Origin: a virus
Length of the DNA stretch: 64,000 nucleotides
Virus record (IMG/VR): IMGVR_UViG_3300032401_001514
Coordinates: 32,001-96,000 of that record
Strand: one strand, 5' to 3'
The notes under the pieces were generated by a model, which saw nothing but the letters and a program-made list of their open reading frames with translations, was not told the origin of the DNA and made no database searches. The position numbers and the translations under genes are program-made. Of this stretch, positions 27,103 through 37,187 are shown one piece after another. Every line of letters starts with the position of its first letter. Position 1 is the stretch's first letter.

Positions 27103-28079
27103 TGCTTTTTTCCTTCTGTTAATCTTAGAAACCATTGATTGTTATTATACCAATCCAAAGTTTGTTTTAACCCTTGTTTAAATTTGAATTTTGGTTCCCA
27201 TCCAAGGGTTTTAAGTTTATCGTTGGTTGTTGAATATCTATAATCATGCCAAGATCTATCTTTTACAAATTTAAGCAGATTATGTCCTCGACCTAATATA
27301 TTAGCTATTTGTTGGAACATCTCTACGTTAGTAATTTCTTGCTTGGCCGAAATATTATAAACTTCATTTAACGGCGCATGTTCAATTATTTTTATTATTG
27401 CATCACAATTATCCTGAACATGAATCCAACTTCTTATCTCCATTCCTTGACCATAAATAGGAGCCTCATATCCATCCAATATATGCGAAATTATTGACGG
27501 AATTAGATTTTTATTAGACTGTCTTGGGCCATAATTATTACAAGATCTAGTAATGTTAAATGGCAGTCCATAAGTTTCATGGGCGGCTTTTACGATTAGC
27601 TCTCCAGCTGCTTTGGATGCCGAGAAAGCGTTTCGTGGATTTAATGGAGAGTCCTCTGTCCAAGATGGAGAGTCCTCACTAGTTAGCTGTCCGTATACTT
27701 CGTCAGTGCTAGTATAGATGAATCGCTCAACTCCCCAACGAACAGCGGCATCAGCCATTGTTTGTGTGCCAAGAACATTAGATGTAATAAATTTTTGAGA
27801 CTCATCTATAGAATGGTCGCTATAATTTTCAACAGCTCCATGTATAACAATATCCGGCCTTTCGACTTCAAATACTATATTAACAAAATGTTTATCAGCA
27901 GCATCACCAACATAAAATATATGGTTCTTATTGGTATATATTGTATTAAGAACGCTACTATTAGTTATTTTATCTATACTAACAATTTGGTAAGCCGAAG
28001 AATCCTTTAAAACTTTACGAATAAAGTTAGAAAAAATAAATCCTCCAGAACCTGATATTAATATTTTCTTTTTTGTCAT
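27099..28079 (-). CDS. dTDP-glucose 4,6-dehydratase (RmlB)-like SDR with catalytic Tyr replaced by Phe
   Basis: STDEVYG, SCNNYGPRQ, DYRY conserved; YxxxK reads FSASK. Confidence 0.85.
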   Translation of the reverse strand: MTKKKILISGSGGFIFSNFIRKVLKDSSAYQIVSIDKITNSSVLNTIYTNKNHIFYVGDAADKHFVNIVFEVERPDIVIHGAVENYSDHSIDESQKFITSNVLGTQTMADAAVRWGVERFIYTSTDEVYGQLTSEDSPSWTEDSPLNPRNAFSASKAAGELIVKAAHETYGLPFNITRSCNNYGPRQSNKNLIPSIISHILDGYEAPIYGQGMEIRSWIHVQDNCDAIIKIIEHAPLNEVYNISAKQEITNVEMFQQIANILGRGHNLLKFVKDRSWHDYRYSTTNDKLKTLGWEPKFKFKQGLKQTLDWYNNNQWFLRLTEGKKQ

Positions 28080-28103
28080 ACATTTTTATGATTGTAAAGG
28101 TTG

Positions 28104-28940
28104 TTAATAGCAACGCTTAAACATTTGGCGTTTGGCAGCATCGCTTATTGGCCCGATAGAATTTGCTGAGCGCCCACGACCGTTAGAATCGGAAGGGAAT
28201 AGTTCATTGGCCAAGGTATCTGTAATAACACTATGAATTTCCTCTTTGCTTGGGAGCTTTATATTTTCTACATCTTCCGTTTCAAGACTCTTATAAGCAG
28301 AAGCTAATATTTTATTAACTAGTAATAGCTTTCGTTTTGCTTGCCAATACTCTTTGGTAGCATCAGCAACTAGATTCTCAAACTGCTGAACCCTTTGCAA
28401 AGCAGAGCGAGTGATGAGCCATGCAGCTAAACCGGCTGTTGCATTGCCATCATTTTCTGAACTAGTAGCACCGGCTGTTGCATTGCCATCATTTTCTGAA
28501 CTAGTAGCACCGGCTGTTGCATTGCCATCATTTTCTGAACTAGTAGCTCCATATGTATTTTGGAAAGCATCAGCTACACTTTCCGGTAATTCATATTGGT
28601 ACGGTCCTTCGAGGCCCCCGGCAAGGTCGTTGTGCCCATAGTCAAACCCAATAACCTTCTTTAATTTTCTGATGGTTTGATCGATTGTGTTACCAGATTT
28701 GGTTTTAACAAAATCAGGAACAACCGCCTTTGGTTGCGAAGTTAAATCCTGTGCTAAATTATCATAACCCAATTGTGAGGCTATTGAGCTAGCCATATTA
28801 GGCCTGGCTTCATTTACTCTGCGCACTCGTATAGTTGCTTTCTTGCCAAGCTTGCTTTTTTGAGATTTGATTTTAGATTTGGCGCGGCTTACAGACCGGG
28901 CTACGTTAACTTCGGAAGAGCTTCTTGTTTTATTTTTCAT
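28104..28940 (-). CDS. Hypothetical protein with basic N-terminus and 13-aa tandem repeat
   Basis: K/R-rich first ~47 aa; GATSSENDGNATA x3. Confidence 0.7.
   Translation of the reverse strand: MKNKTRSSSEVNVARSVSRAKSKIKSQKSKLGKKATIRVRRVNEARPNMASSIASQLGYDNLAQDLTSQPKAVVPDFVKTKSGNTIDQTIRKLKKVIGFDYGHNDLAGGLEGPYQYELPESVADAFQNTYGATSSENDGNATAGATSSENDGNATAGATSSENDGNATAGLAAWLITRSALQRVQQFENLVADATKEYWQAKRKLLLVNKILASAYKSLETEDVENIKLPSKEEIHSVITDTLANELFPSDSNGRGRSANSIGPISDAAKRQMFKRCY
28431..28547. repeat. 39-bp perfect tandem repeat x3 (in frame)
   Basis: ACCGGCTGTTGCATTGCCATCATTTTCTGAACTAGTAGC at 28431, 28470 and 28509. Confidence 0.95.
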
Positions 28941-29877
28941 GATTAATCCTATTTACATACCATTGAATTGTTTTAATCAGCCCATCAGTAAAAGGAGTTT
29001 CCGCCTTCCAGTTGAGCAAATCCGCAGCCCTAGAAACGTCTAATCGTCTTTTTGGTTGTCCATCAGAAACTTCGCCAGTAAATACGATTTTGCCCTTATA
29101 GTTTGTTAGATTTGCTATTAAGTGAGCCAGGTTTTTTATAGATATATCACAACCTGTTCCAAGATTAATAGGTTCGGGATAATCTAAGCCAGTCGCTACA
29201 GCTTTGACAATTGCTTGAGCAGCATCTCCGGCATATAAGAATTCACGAGTGGCTTCGCCGGTCCCCCAGCATTCAACAGTCGGTTTATCTTCTTTAACGG
29301 CAGAACAAAATTTATTAATTAAAGCTGGTATAACATGGCTGTTTTCTAAATCTGTATTATCATGCGGGCCGTACATATTTACAGGAACTAAATGAGCGCC
29401 TTTTAATCCATATTGTTTGCGATATTCCTTCTGTAACATAAACAACATTTTTTTCGATAAACCATATCCGGAATTAGTTTTTTCTGGAAAACCGTTCCAA
29501 AAATCATCTTCTTTAAATGGGACTGGACAATTTTCTGGATATGAACACACGCTTCCTAAAGTATAAACATATTCTGGTGTATATTTAAAAATGGCATCAA
29601 ATAAATTGATTGCCATTTTTAAATTAACATGTGTTAAATCGGCCGAGCATTTTTTATTTAAACCAATTCCTCCACAATAAGCAGCCATATGTAAAACAAC
29701 ATCTGGCCTATTTTTATCGAAATAATCTATGACAGAACTTTGATTGGTCAAATCAAGCTGGCTACTACTCGGAGTTAATATAGAACTTGAATTAGTGCCG
29801 AATGATTTGTTTGCATATATTGTGTGCATCACATGTTTGCCCAAGAAGCCATTTGCTCCTGTTATTAATAATTTCAT
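28930..29877 (-). CDS. fcl: GDP-L-fucose synthase (epimerase/reductase)
   Basis: GANGFLG, SVCSYP (catalytic Cys), GYGLSK, SHVIPAL (catalytic His), WGTGEATREFLY, DGQPKR. Confidence 0.92.
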   Translation of the reverse strand: MKLLITGANGFLGKHVMHTIYANKSFGTNSSSILTPSSSQLDLTNQSSVIDYFDKNRPDVVLHMAAYCGGIGLNKKCSADLTHVNLKMAINLFDAIFKYTPEYVYTLGSVCSYPENCPVPFKEDDFWNGFPEKTNSGYGLSKKMLFMLQKEYRKQYGLKGAHLVPVNMYGPHDNTDLENSHVIPALINKFCSAVKEDKPTVECWGTGEATREFLYAGDAAQAIVKAVATGLDYPEPINLGTGCDISIKNLAHLIANLTNYKGKIVFTGEVSDGQPKRRLDVSRAADLLNWKAETPFTDGLIKTIQWYVNRINHEK

Positions 29878-30872
29878 TTACTTTCCTTTATTAATTTTTC
29901 TTCTTGGGCTAATTTAAGATCTTCTGTAACCATTTCATCAATCAATTGTTCAAAAGAATATTTTGGTGTCCAGCCAAGTTCTGTTCTTAGTTTTGTAGAA
30001 TCGCCTTGTAGAGAATCAACCTCTGCTGGACGAAGATATTTTGAATCAAACTCAATGTATTTATTTGGATCAAGATCTAATTTTGCGAACGCCAGATCAA
30101 CAAAGTCTCTAACGGAATATTGAGTCCCGGTTGAAACAACATAATCATCTGATTTTTCGGCGGTTGCGATCAAATATACTGCATTAGCCGTATCTTTTGC
30201 GTGACCCCAGTCTCGTCTTGCGTCTAAATTACCAAGGTAAAGTTTATGCTGTAGACCCAGCTTTATTCTGGTAGCAGCGCGAGTGATTTTTCTGGTAACA
30301 AATGTTTCCCCTCTTTTTGGACTTTCGTAATTAAACATAATGATATTTGAAGCAAATAAATTATATGATTCTCTATAGTTAACAGTTGCATAATAACCTG
30401 CAACCTTAGCGACTCCATATGGGCTTCTTGGTCTAAATTTTGTTTCTTCGTTTTGCGGAGGAAGAGTTGAGCCAAACATTTCTGATGACGAACATTGAAC
30501 AAATCTTGTATTTGGGCTGTATTTACGAATAGCTTCAAGGCATCTGATTACACCAGTTCCTGTGATATCCATTGTGTATTCGGGTATATCGAATGAAACA
30601 CGGACATGAGATTGCGCCCCAGCATTAATAAAGATATCTGGTTTTATACTTGAAACAAAATTAATAATAGATGTAGCGTCAGATAAATCACCATATACTA
30701 ATTCTAATTTGTTATCTATATGAGGATCTATATAGAGATGATCTATTCGTTCTGTGTTTAAAGTAGAGCTGCGCCTTTTAAGACCATATATTTTATAGTT
30801 TTTTTCTAGAAATAACTCGGCTAAATAAGAACCTAGTTGGCCATTTATACCTGTGATACAAACTGTTTTCAT
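29874..30872 (-). CDS. gmd: GDP-mannose 4,6-dehydratase
   Basis: AQSHVRVSF, SSSEMFG, PRSPYGVAK, FVTRKIT, LGNLDARRDWGHAKD. Confidence 0.95.
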   Translation of the reverse strand: MKTVCITGINGQLGSYLAELFLEKNYKIYGLKRRSSTLNTERIDHLYIDPHIDNKLELVYGDLSDATSIINFVSSIKPDIFINAGAQSHVRVSFDIPEYTMDITGTGVIRCLEAIRKYSPNTRFVQCSSSEMFGSTLPPQNEETKFRPRSPYGVAKVAGYYATVNYRESYNLFASNIIMFNYESPKRGETFVTRKITRAATRIKLGLQHKLYLGNLDARRDWGHAKDTANAVYLIATAEKSDDYVVSTGTQYSVRDFVDLAFAKLDLDPNKYIEFDSKYLRPAEVDSLQGDSTKLRTELGWTPKYSFEQLIDEMVTEDLKLAQEEKLIKESK

Positions 30873-31123
30873 GTTTTTCCGTACATTTTAGTTGAGCCTT
30901 GTTTATATAGCTTTTGTAATTCACCTGTTTTTATAAGATGATTAATTTTCTCATCAATTTCTTGAATCAAATCATTTCTTTGTTGATTAGCTATATTTGT
31001 TATTTGGGTTGCTTTCGCCATCTCTTCATTAGATACGTCTTCTTTTCTTTTAATATCTTCTGCCATCCATATGCGTAAGTTCACCACGGTAAGCTTATCT
31101 ATTAAATTACCTATTGTTTCCAT
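30869..31123 (-). CDS. Small helical protein (DUF4254-like)
   Basis: METIGNLIDKLTVVNLRIW...NQQRNDLIQEID pattern; coupled to gmd. Confidence 0.6.
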   Translation of the reverse strand: METIGNLIDKLTVVNLRIWMAEDIKRKEDVSNEEMAKATQITNIANQQRNDLIQEIDEKINHLIKTGELQKLYKQGSTKMYGKT

Positions 31124-31908
31124 ATGTTTCCATTTTCTTTTATATCACCAATGGTATCAGATAATAAATTATCATAAGAATATTTCCATTCTACATCAGC
31201 CATAATTAATTTTTGTTTATCTTGCGCTTTATTGCTTTTTTCATTTACAAAATAATTAAAATCTAATTCATTTAATTTATAAAGATCTTTAATAAAATCT
31301 CCAACATGAAATAATCTACCAGCACCAACAACGCAATCATTATTTTTTTCTATACTCTTTGTAACTAAAAATTTAGTATGTATCATGTCTCGATAAAAAT
31401 CTAAATTTCCTACATTTATTTTTGTTTTATTAATAATTGAATTAAAAATTTTACCAAACAAAAAACATTCATTTCTATATACAGAATTAAAATAAAAAGG
31501 ATGTATAAGAACAACCTTATAATATGTATCATCTATCAATCTTCGTTCTTTTATTTTATTTAAAAGCAATAATTTTGATATGGCATATTCATTATTTATG
31601 TTAAAATAAGGATTGGAATTTAAAGATATATGCCCAGATAATTTGTTCCAAAGTTCACAGCTAGTATAGCATACTATTTTATTTGAATTTTTTAATAATG
31701 CCTCAATAATATTTAGCGTATAAATATAATTAGGCGTAATATAATCTATATTTGTTTCATAAATTCTTTGTTCAGCAAAGGTAATATAAACTGATTCCCA
31801 TATGTTATTTTTTAAATAATCAAAATCAATATTTCTTGAGGATATTTTCGTGAATCCTTCATTTGGAAAATATTTTGAAAGCTGAGAATTACCTATTACC
31901 AAATGCAT
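31111..31908 (-). CDS. Atypical NAD-dependent epimerase/SDR-like protein
   Basis: YAISK motif and RDMIH; degenerate Gly-rich loop. Confidence 0.6.
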   Translation of the reverse strand: MHLVIGNSQLSKYFPNEGFTKISSRNIDFDYLKNNIWESVYITFAEQRIYETNIDYITPNYIYTLNIIEALLKNSNKIVCYTSCELWNKLSGHISLNSNPYFNINNEYAISKLLLLNKIKERRLIDDTYYKVVLIHPFYFNSVYRNECFLFGKIFNSIINKTKINVGNLDFYRDMIHTKFLVTKSIEKNNDCVVGAGRLFHVGDFIKDLYKLNELDFNYFVNEKSNKAQDKQKLIMADVEWKYSYDNLLSDTIGDIKENGNIWKQ

Positions 31909-33127
31909 ATGAGCTATCTATAACCTCGAATTTAGGACATGGAACAATAAATTTCCCACCATTAGCCAAGTACTCTTTTTCTCTATCGCAAAATTCGTTA
32001 ATGAAATGCCATGGAAGAACTAATAAATAATCAGGTTTTGCTTTGTGCATATCTTCTTCTGAGTAAATTATGATGTTAGTACCCAAAGTTTTTAAACCAA
32101 ATTTATAAGGATTTCTTTCAGCTATACCATCTATTAAAGTATTATCTAATCCAAAATATTGTAATAATGTATTTCCTTTGGTAGATGCTCCATAAGCCCA
32201 TATTGTTTTTCCATTGCTTCTTTCTTGTTTTATAAAAGAAACAGTTTGTTCTTTTAATTGATTGATCTTATTATAAAAATCTAACCAAGTGTTTACCTCA
32301 TCTAATTTCAATGTTTTTTCATATTCTAATAATGATTTGATTCTAAAATTAGAAACGTCTCTATGAGATTGTGTGGCAAATTTTTTTAAATTAGCCACAT
32401 CTTTCATTATATAAATTCTAAAAGAACCGCCATTAATATCATTCAATTGACAATCAACGATTTTAAAATTATTTTTTTCTAATATAGATTTTAAATTGAA
32501 TAATGAGTAATAAAAAATATGTTCATGGCATATATTATCGAAAGCTAATTGTTCTAACATTAGCGGCGTATAACTCAATTGCATCACCCATAAACCATTA
32601 TCATCTAATATTTCATTGATATCTTTTATAAACTGTTCTGGATATTCAAGATCGTAAAACATTGCTATTGAAGTAATAATTTTAGCTTTTAAATTTCCAT
32701 ATTTGGTTAATTTAAATGTGGTGGCTTTAAAAAAATCTTGAATAATCAAATTCGCATGTTTTTCGGATTCAACCTTGTAAGTGTCGTCAGCTGGATCGAT
32801 GCCTATTCTAATCAAATTGGTAGGCACAAAACTAAGCAGCGTGCCATCGTTTGCAGCTATGTCTATCCATAAATCATCTTGTTGTAATTTATATACAGAA
32901 GTTATTGAATTAACAATTTGATTCAATTCATTTTTCATTGTTGTATTAATACCACTGCGGTACCAATATTTACCATACATTGAATCAAACGGAGCAATTT
33001 TATTTAATCGAATATTTCCATCATCAGTTAAGAATAAATTCATTTCTATTTTATCGCTTCGGGGTACATCTTCGTCCTTGATAAAATCAGAAACGTATAG
33101 TTCTCCCAAAGTAAATAGCTCTTTCAT
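31889..33127 (-). CDS. NDP-hexose C-methyltransferase-like SAM-dependent enzyme
   Basis: DIAANDGTLL, FDNICHEHIFYY, AYGASTKGNTLL, LLVLPWHF. Confidence 0.85.
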   Translation of the reverse strand: MKELFTLGELYVSDFIKDEDVPRSDKIEMNLFLTDDGNIRLNKIAPFDSMYGKYWYRSGINTTMKNELNQIVNSITSVYKLQQDDLWIDIAANDGTLLSFVPTNLIRIGIDPADDTYKVESEKHANLIIQDFFKATTFKLTKYGNLKAKIITSIAMFYDLEYPEQFIKDINEILDDNGLWVMQLSYTPLMLEQLAFDNICHEHIFYYSLFNLKSILEKNNFKIVDCQLNDINGGSFRIYIMKDVANLKKFATQSHRDVSNFRIKSLLEYEKTLKLDEVNTWLDFYNKINQLKEQTVSFIKQERSNGKTIWAYGASTKGNTLLQYFGLDNTLIDGIAERNPYKFGLKTLGTNIIIYSEEDMHKAKPDYLLVLPWHFINEFCDREKEYLANGGKFIVPCPKFEVIDSSYAFGNR

Positions 33128-33140
33128 TATTAACCTAAGC

Positions 33141-34037
33141 TTAGAATTTGTCTAATGTTTCTTGGACAGCGCGCTCAAATCCACGATTCATTTGTTCTAA
33201 TGACATATTATCACAAACGAAGCTATTAACGGAACCATTAGCAATAACCGAACTTACTATGGTTTGGCCACAAAGCTCAACTCTTGGCACTGGTTTATTG
33301 TTCCAACAGCTAACGGCCACGGTAATGCCACTAGACACTCCAATAAACAAATCACAATAATTATGAATTAAAGCTGTTTGTCTTACTGTAAAATCAGAAC
33401 AAGAAACAACGCCTGAATCATCAATATATTTTACATAATCTATTTTGCTAGCAAAAATAAAATTACATTTTCCAAATTTATTTCGACATAATTGCATTAT
33501 ATTTTTGGTTACATCTTCGCTTAATTGAAAATTACCAGCTGATCTTAGTTGCGATTCGAACATAACAGTTTTTGTATGCGGTAAACTGGAACAAAAATCT
33601 TTTGCTTTATTTCGTTCTTCATCAGAAAATCCTAAGTATGGATGCCACTCCCAAGATGGATCTGCACCGTAAACCATTCTTGGTATGTTTGAATAATTTA
33701 CATTATCGAATATTTTATTAGGCAGCATGGCCCAAGGAGCTGGAAAATATCCATTATGCAAATCTTTCATAGACTCAAAAGCGTCCCTTTTGTCTAAACA
33801 AAGCTGTCCATTTGCATTCATTATTTCTCTAAAATCTACACGCGGCCAATCTCTTACCTCAGTAATAGCATCATTAAATTTCAACATATCTAAGTAAGTG
33901 TGTTTATCAGCAGAATGATTACAATACCATATAATCTCTTTACCAGGCCATAATATATCTTTATATTTCAAAACACAAGTACACAACCCAATATCTCCAT
34001 GTTGTCCATGAACGAAAATTCCAATTTTATCTGCCAT
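33141..34037 (-). CDS. GT9-like glycosyltransferase
   Basis: N-terminal GQHGD and C-terminal CDLFIGVSSGI. Confidence 0.55.
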   Translation of the reverse strand: MADKIGIFVHGQHGDIGLCTCVLKYKDILWPGKEIIWYCNHSADKHTYLDMLKFNDAITEVRDWPRVDFREIMNANGQLCLDKRDAFESMKDLHNGYFPAPWAMLPNKIFDNVNYSNIPRMVYGADPSWEWHPYLGFSDEERNKAKDFCSSLPHTKTVMFESQLRSAGNFQLSEDVTKNIMQLCRNKFGKCNFIFASKIDYVKYIDDSGVVSCSDFTVRQTALIHNYCDLFIGVSSGITVAVSCWNNKPVPRVELCGQTIVSSVIANGSVNSFVCDNMSLEQMNRGFERAVQETLDKF

Positions 34038-34046
34038 ATACTCTCC

Positions 34047-34847
34047 TTAAAATCCAGGGCAATCTAAAATAACATTTTTTTCTTGTGCATATTTTTTCAC
34101 AACTTCTAAAGCGCGCGGCGGAATATGCTCAGTAATTCCACCAATTAAAACATCATGATGCTTCTTACAATGAGCGCAGAAAAATGTATTCAATTTATTT
34201 GCTTCACGAAATGATAGGCCGGGCACTGGTTCATCATTTTCCACGTATGATGGAATAGGAACTCCGCCATCATTAAAATAACCATTAACTATTTGTCCTT
34301 GGTTATTATATTGAGGGTGACCATAATGAACAATTAAATCATGTGTAATATTTGGGTAAATTTCGTTGGCTAAAAACCCTTGATCATAAGTGTTATCTTT
34401 GCTAAATTTTTCTACCATTTCATTCATTTTTGAAAGAATATAATTTCTAACACCCCACATGCCACCCATTATTTTTTGACTATGATAACAATGGTCTCTT
34501 ATAATATGAAAATTCTTTTTGCCATCAAGCCATTGGTCTACACAAACTTTCTCTCTTGATGATACCCAAGAATCAGCGTCTCTAGATATCATAACGACAC
34601 CATACTCAGAGGCGGGCAAGAATCTCCATAACATAGCTTCGCTGCCACGATGAGTTGGCATAACTACAATTTCTACATGTTCGAATGTTCTAAGAAGTTT
34701 TTCTATACACGACGGAATAGTGTCATCAATATAAAATCTAGCAATCCAATCAGGATAAATATAAGGGATTAATAAACAATTTATAATTGCGTTAATTGTG
34801 TCTTTTGGTCTATTATTGTAAAGTGAGTAACTTATTATTTTTTTCAT
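34047..34847 (-). CDS. Unclassified GT-A-like glycosyltransferase
   Basis: KKIISYSLY, WRFLP, SRDADS (DxD), FHIIRDH, GGMWG, DQGFL. Confidence 0.6.
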   Translation of the reverse strand: MKKIISYSLYNNRPKDTINAIINCLLIPYIYPDWIARFYIDDTIPSCIEKLLRTFEHVEIVVMPTHRGSEAMLWRFLPASEYGVVMISRDADSWVSSREKVCVDQWLDGKKNFHIIRDHCYHSQKIMGGMWGVRNYILSKMNEMVEKFSKDNTYDQGFLANEIYPNITHDLIVHYGHPQYNNQGQIVNGYFNDGGVPIPSYVENDEPVPGLSFREANKLNTFFCAHCKKHHDVLIGGITEHIPPRALEVVKKYAQEKNVILDCPGF

Positions 34848-34857
34848 TAATAACCTC

Positions 34858-35487
34858 TTATAATACGTATGTATCTGCCATTTTCTTTAATGTATCTACT
34901 ATGTTATCTGGATATAATTTATCTCCACACAGTCTGTGTAATTTGTCCATATTAAAAACAGAGGCATCAACCCACCAATCTTCAAACGGAAGATTTGGTC
35001 CCATACCACAACCTAGTGGCACAAGCACATCTGAACATAATAATGAGTAACTATGCCCGCTTAAAATAGCTCTTTCTTCATCTTTAAGTTTATTTCCAAA
35101 TCTATAAGCGTCATGTTCTATAGTAATAACGCTAAATCTATAGTCATTCAATGGTAATATTTTTAATACTTCTGCGCTATTTTCGTCTATATCTATAGAT
35201 AAATAATCTATTCTTGATGGATATTTTTCTTTATTTAATATGGTTTTATAATCAATTTTTGTAGCATCATCATTTATAAAATGACAAGTTCTACTTTTAT
35301 AACCCTCGTTATGATCTAAACTTTTTTCTACACAAATCCCATGCCATTTTAACTCATCTTCAAAATAATATGAATTACTTGTAGAAATTGCACTAAAACT
35401 TCCAATGTCTAAATAATAACCATTACGTTTAAAATTTAATACATTAGATACAAACTCATCTTGCCACGCCTGTGAATGATATACCAT
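34858..35487 (-). CDS. FkbM-like methyltransferase
   Basis: SQAWQD, YLDIGS, SNSYYFE, IDYLSIDID. Confidence 0.75.
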   Translation of the reverse strand: MVYHSQAWQDEFVSNVLNFKRNGYYLDIGSFSAISTSNSYYFEDELKWHGICVEKSLDHNEGYKSRTCHFINDDATKIDYKTILNKEKYPSRIDYLSIDIDENSAEVLKILPLNDYRFSVITIEHDAYRFGNKLKDEERAILSGHSYSLLCSDVLVPLGCGMGPNLPFEDWWVDASVFNMDKLHRLCGDKLYPDNIVDTLKKMADTYVL

Positions 35488-35517
35488 TTATTTTCCTTTG
35501 TTGTTTATACTAGTTAA

Positions 35518-36294
35518 TTAATAAAAATATTTCAAAAACAAATCCATTCTTTTTTTGTGTCCATCAGCAAATACTGGATTGGCAGCATTCCATTGCGAGC
35601 CTGCCATATAATGATAAAACCCTTCGGCTATCCAGCCAGCACTTAAACCATGTGTTCTGCAAATGTCTAAGTCAGCTTTAAAATACTCAGCGAAAGGCCC
35701 TTTGCCTTCTAATGTAGCAAGAAAATAAGAAGTTTGATGATTAGCCATAAATTTAACTGAATTAGGATTTTTTTCGATAAATGTTTTAGTTTTTCCTCCG
35801 GTGTCCAATCCCGTATCTAAACCAAAATCTAATTCACGAACATTGTTTAAAAGTTTCATATTAACAATTGTAAAAGCTGGATAAAAATAATTAACGCCCT
35901 TGCCATTTAAAATCCTAAACTCGGTAGTACTTGCGGCAATGTTGCCAGCTATGATATCCGATATTGATACATCACATATAGGAAACACATCCGAGTGAAC
36001 AAGAACTATAATCTCACAATTATTATTTACAGCATAATTATGTACGGCCCAATTTAATGCTGATGCATAACACTCAGAGGGATTTTGAACAGTATGGATA
36101 TTTTGAGGTATTCTTACGCAGTTAATATTATTATAAGAAGCTATTTCATTAATGTTCTTTTCCATTTTAGAATCAAATGCATCGTTTAATAATACAAAAT
36201 CAAAATCTTCTTTCATATATTTTTTGAACTGTCTATGCATGATATCAAGAGGAAATTTATCATTTACAGCGAAAGAAAGAATAGATATTTTCAT
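35518..36294 (-). CDS. Putative glycosyltransferase
   Basis: GT-A-like pattern DFDFVLLND, LVHSDVFP, DTGG, YHY; location within the island. Confidence 0.5.
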   Translation of the reverse strand: MKISILSFAVNDKFPLDIMHRQFKKYMKEDFDFVLLNDAFDSKMEKNINEIASYNNINCVRIPQNIHTVQNPSECYASALNWAVHNYAVNNNCEIIVLVHSDVFPICDVSISDIIAGNIAASTTEFRILNGKGVNYFYPAFTIVNMKLLNNVRELDFGLDTGLDTGGKTKTFIEKNPNSVKFMANHQTSYFLATLEGKGPFAEYFKADLDICRTHGLSAGWIAEGFYHYMAGSQWNAANPVFADGHKKRMDLFLKYFY

Positions 36295-37187
36295 AAATGC
36301 TCCATGTGATTAATAGTATCTATTAAACCAGATTCTATTTTTGTAAAAGAAAGGGTTGGCATTATGCCTTTCAAATAATAATTGCTTACGGTTTTTTTAA
36401 AGTTTCCATCTTGTTTGCTTGTGTCAAATTTAATTTCATTTTTAAATTGTGTTATTTTGCCAATGCATCTTGCTAAATCAGAGATGGTAATTTCCTCATC
36501 ACTACAACATATGATTGGTTTATCACCAGAATAATTCATAACTAAATGTTTAATTATTTTAGCTAAATCCATAGAATAAATAAATTGTCTCAAAGGCTTT
36601 CCTGTGCCATTAATTACGACATCTGTATTTGTTTTATTAGCTTCTTTGAATTTAGAAACCAAACTCGGTATCAATCTGCCAGATTTTATATTATCGTTCG
36701 CCCCATAAATATTACAAGGTATAATGCCAAAATATTTTCTATTATATTGCGCATTGTAATTTTGGCATTGTAACGCAAGCATTCTTTTTGAATAAGCATA
36801 TCCAGCAAAAGCTCCGGTTAAATTGCTTTCAAAAATCATAGATTCGTCCATTGGAAATTTTGAAGGCATCTCTGGAAACATATTTACCGACAAACAAAAC
36901 ATTCCATTTTGTATTCCGGCTAAATTTGAGGCCTCTAATACGTTTTCATTTATTCTAACATTATTCGAAAACGAAGACACTTTGTCAATATTATAAAAAC
37001 CAGGAACATATGAAGCCAAATGAATAATATAATCTGGACCTATAGTCCTCACCAAATCAATCGTTCGTTCTCTATTAGTTAGATCGCAGTCCTTTCTTTC
37101 AATAAAAACCCAATTATCTTCTTCTGAACACAAAGACTTTAAAGAACTGCCTACGCATCCGTTGCTGCCTGTAACAAGAATTTTCAT
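36291..37187 (-). CDS. Fcl/ColC-family GDP-sugar 4-reductase lacking both epimerase residues
   Basis: GSNGCVG, GYAYSKR, PCNIYG, GTGKPLRQFIY; the Cys position reads N (SVNMFP) and the His position reads R (SGRLIP). Confidence 0.85.
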   Translation of the reverse strand: MKILVTGSNGCVGSSLKSLCSEEDNWVFIERKDCDLTNRERTIDLVRTIGPDYIIHLASYVPGFYNIDKVSSFSNNVRINENVLEASNLAGIQNGMFCLSVNMFPEMPSKFPMDESMIFESNLTGAFAGYAYSKRMLALQCQNYNAQYNRKYFGIIPCNIYGANDNIKSGRLIPSLVSKFKEANKTNTDVVINGTGKPLRQFIYSMDLAKIIKHLVMNYSGDKPIICCSDEEITISDLARCIGKITQFKNEIKFDTSKQDGNFKKTVSNYYLKGIMPTLSFTKIESGLIDTINHMEHL

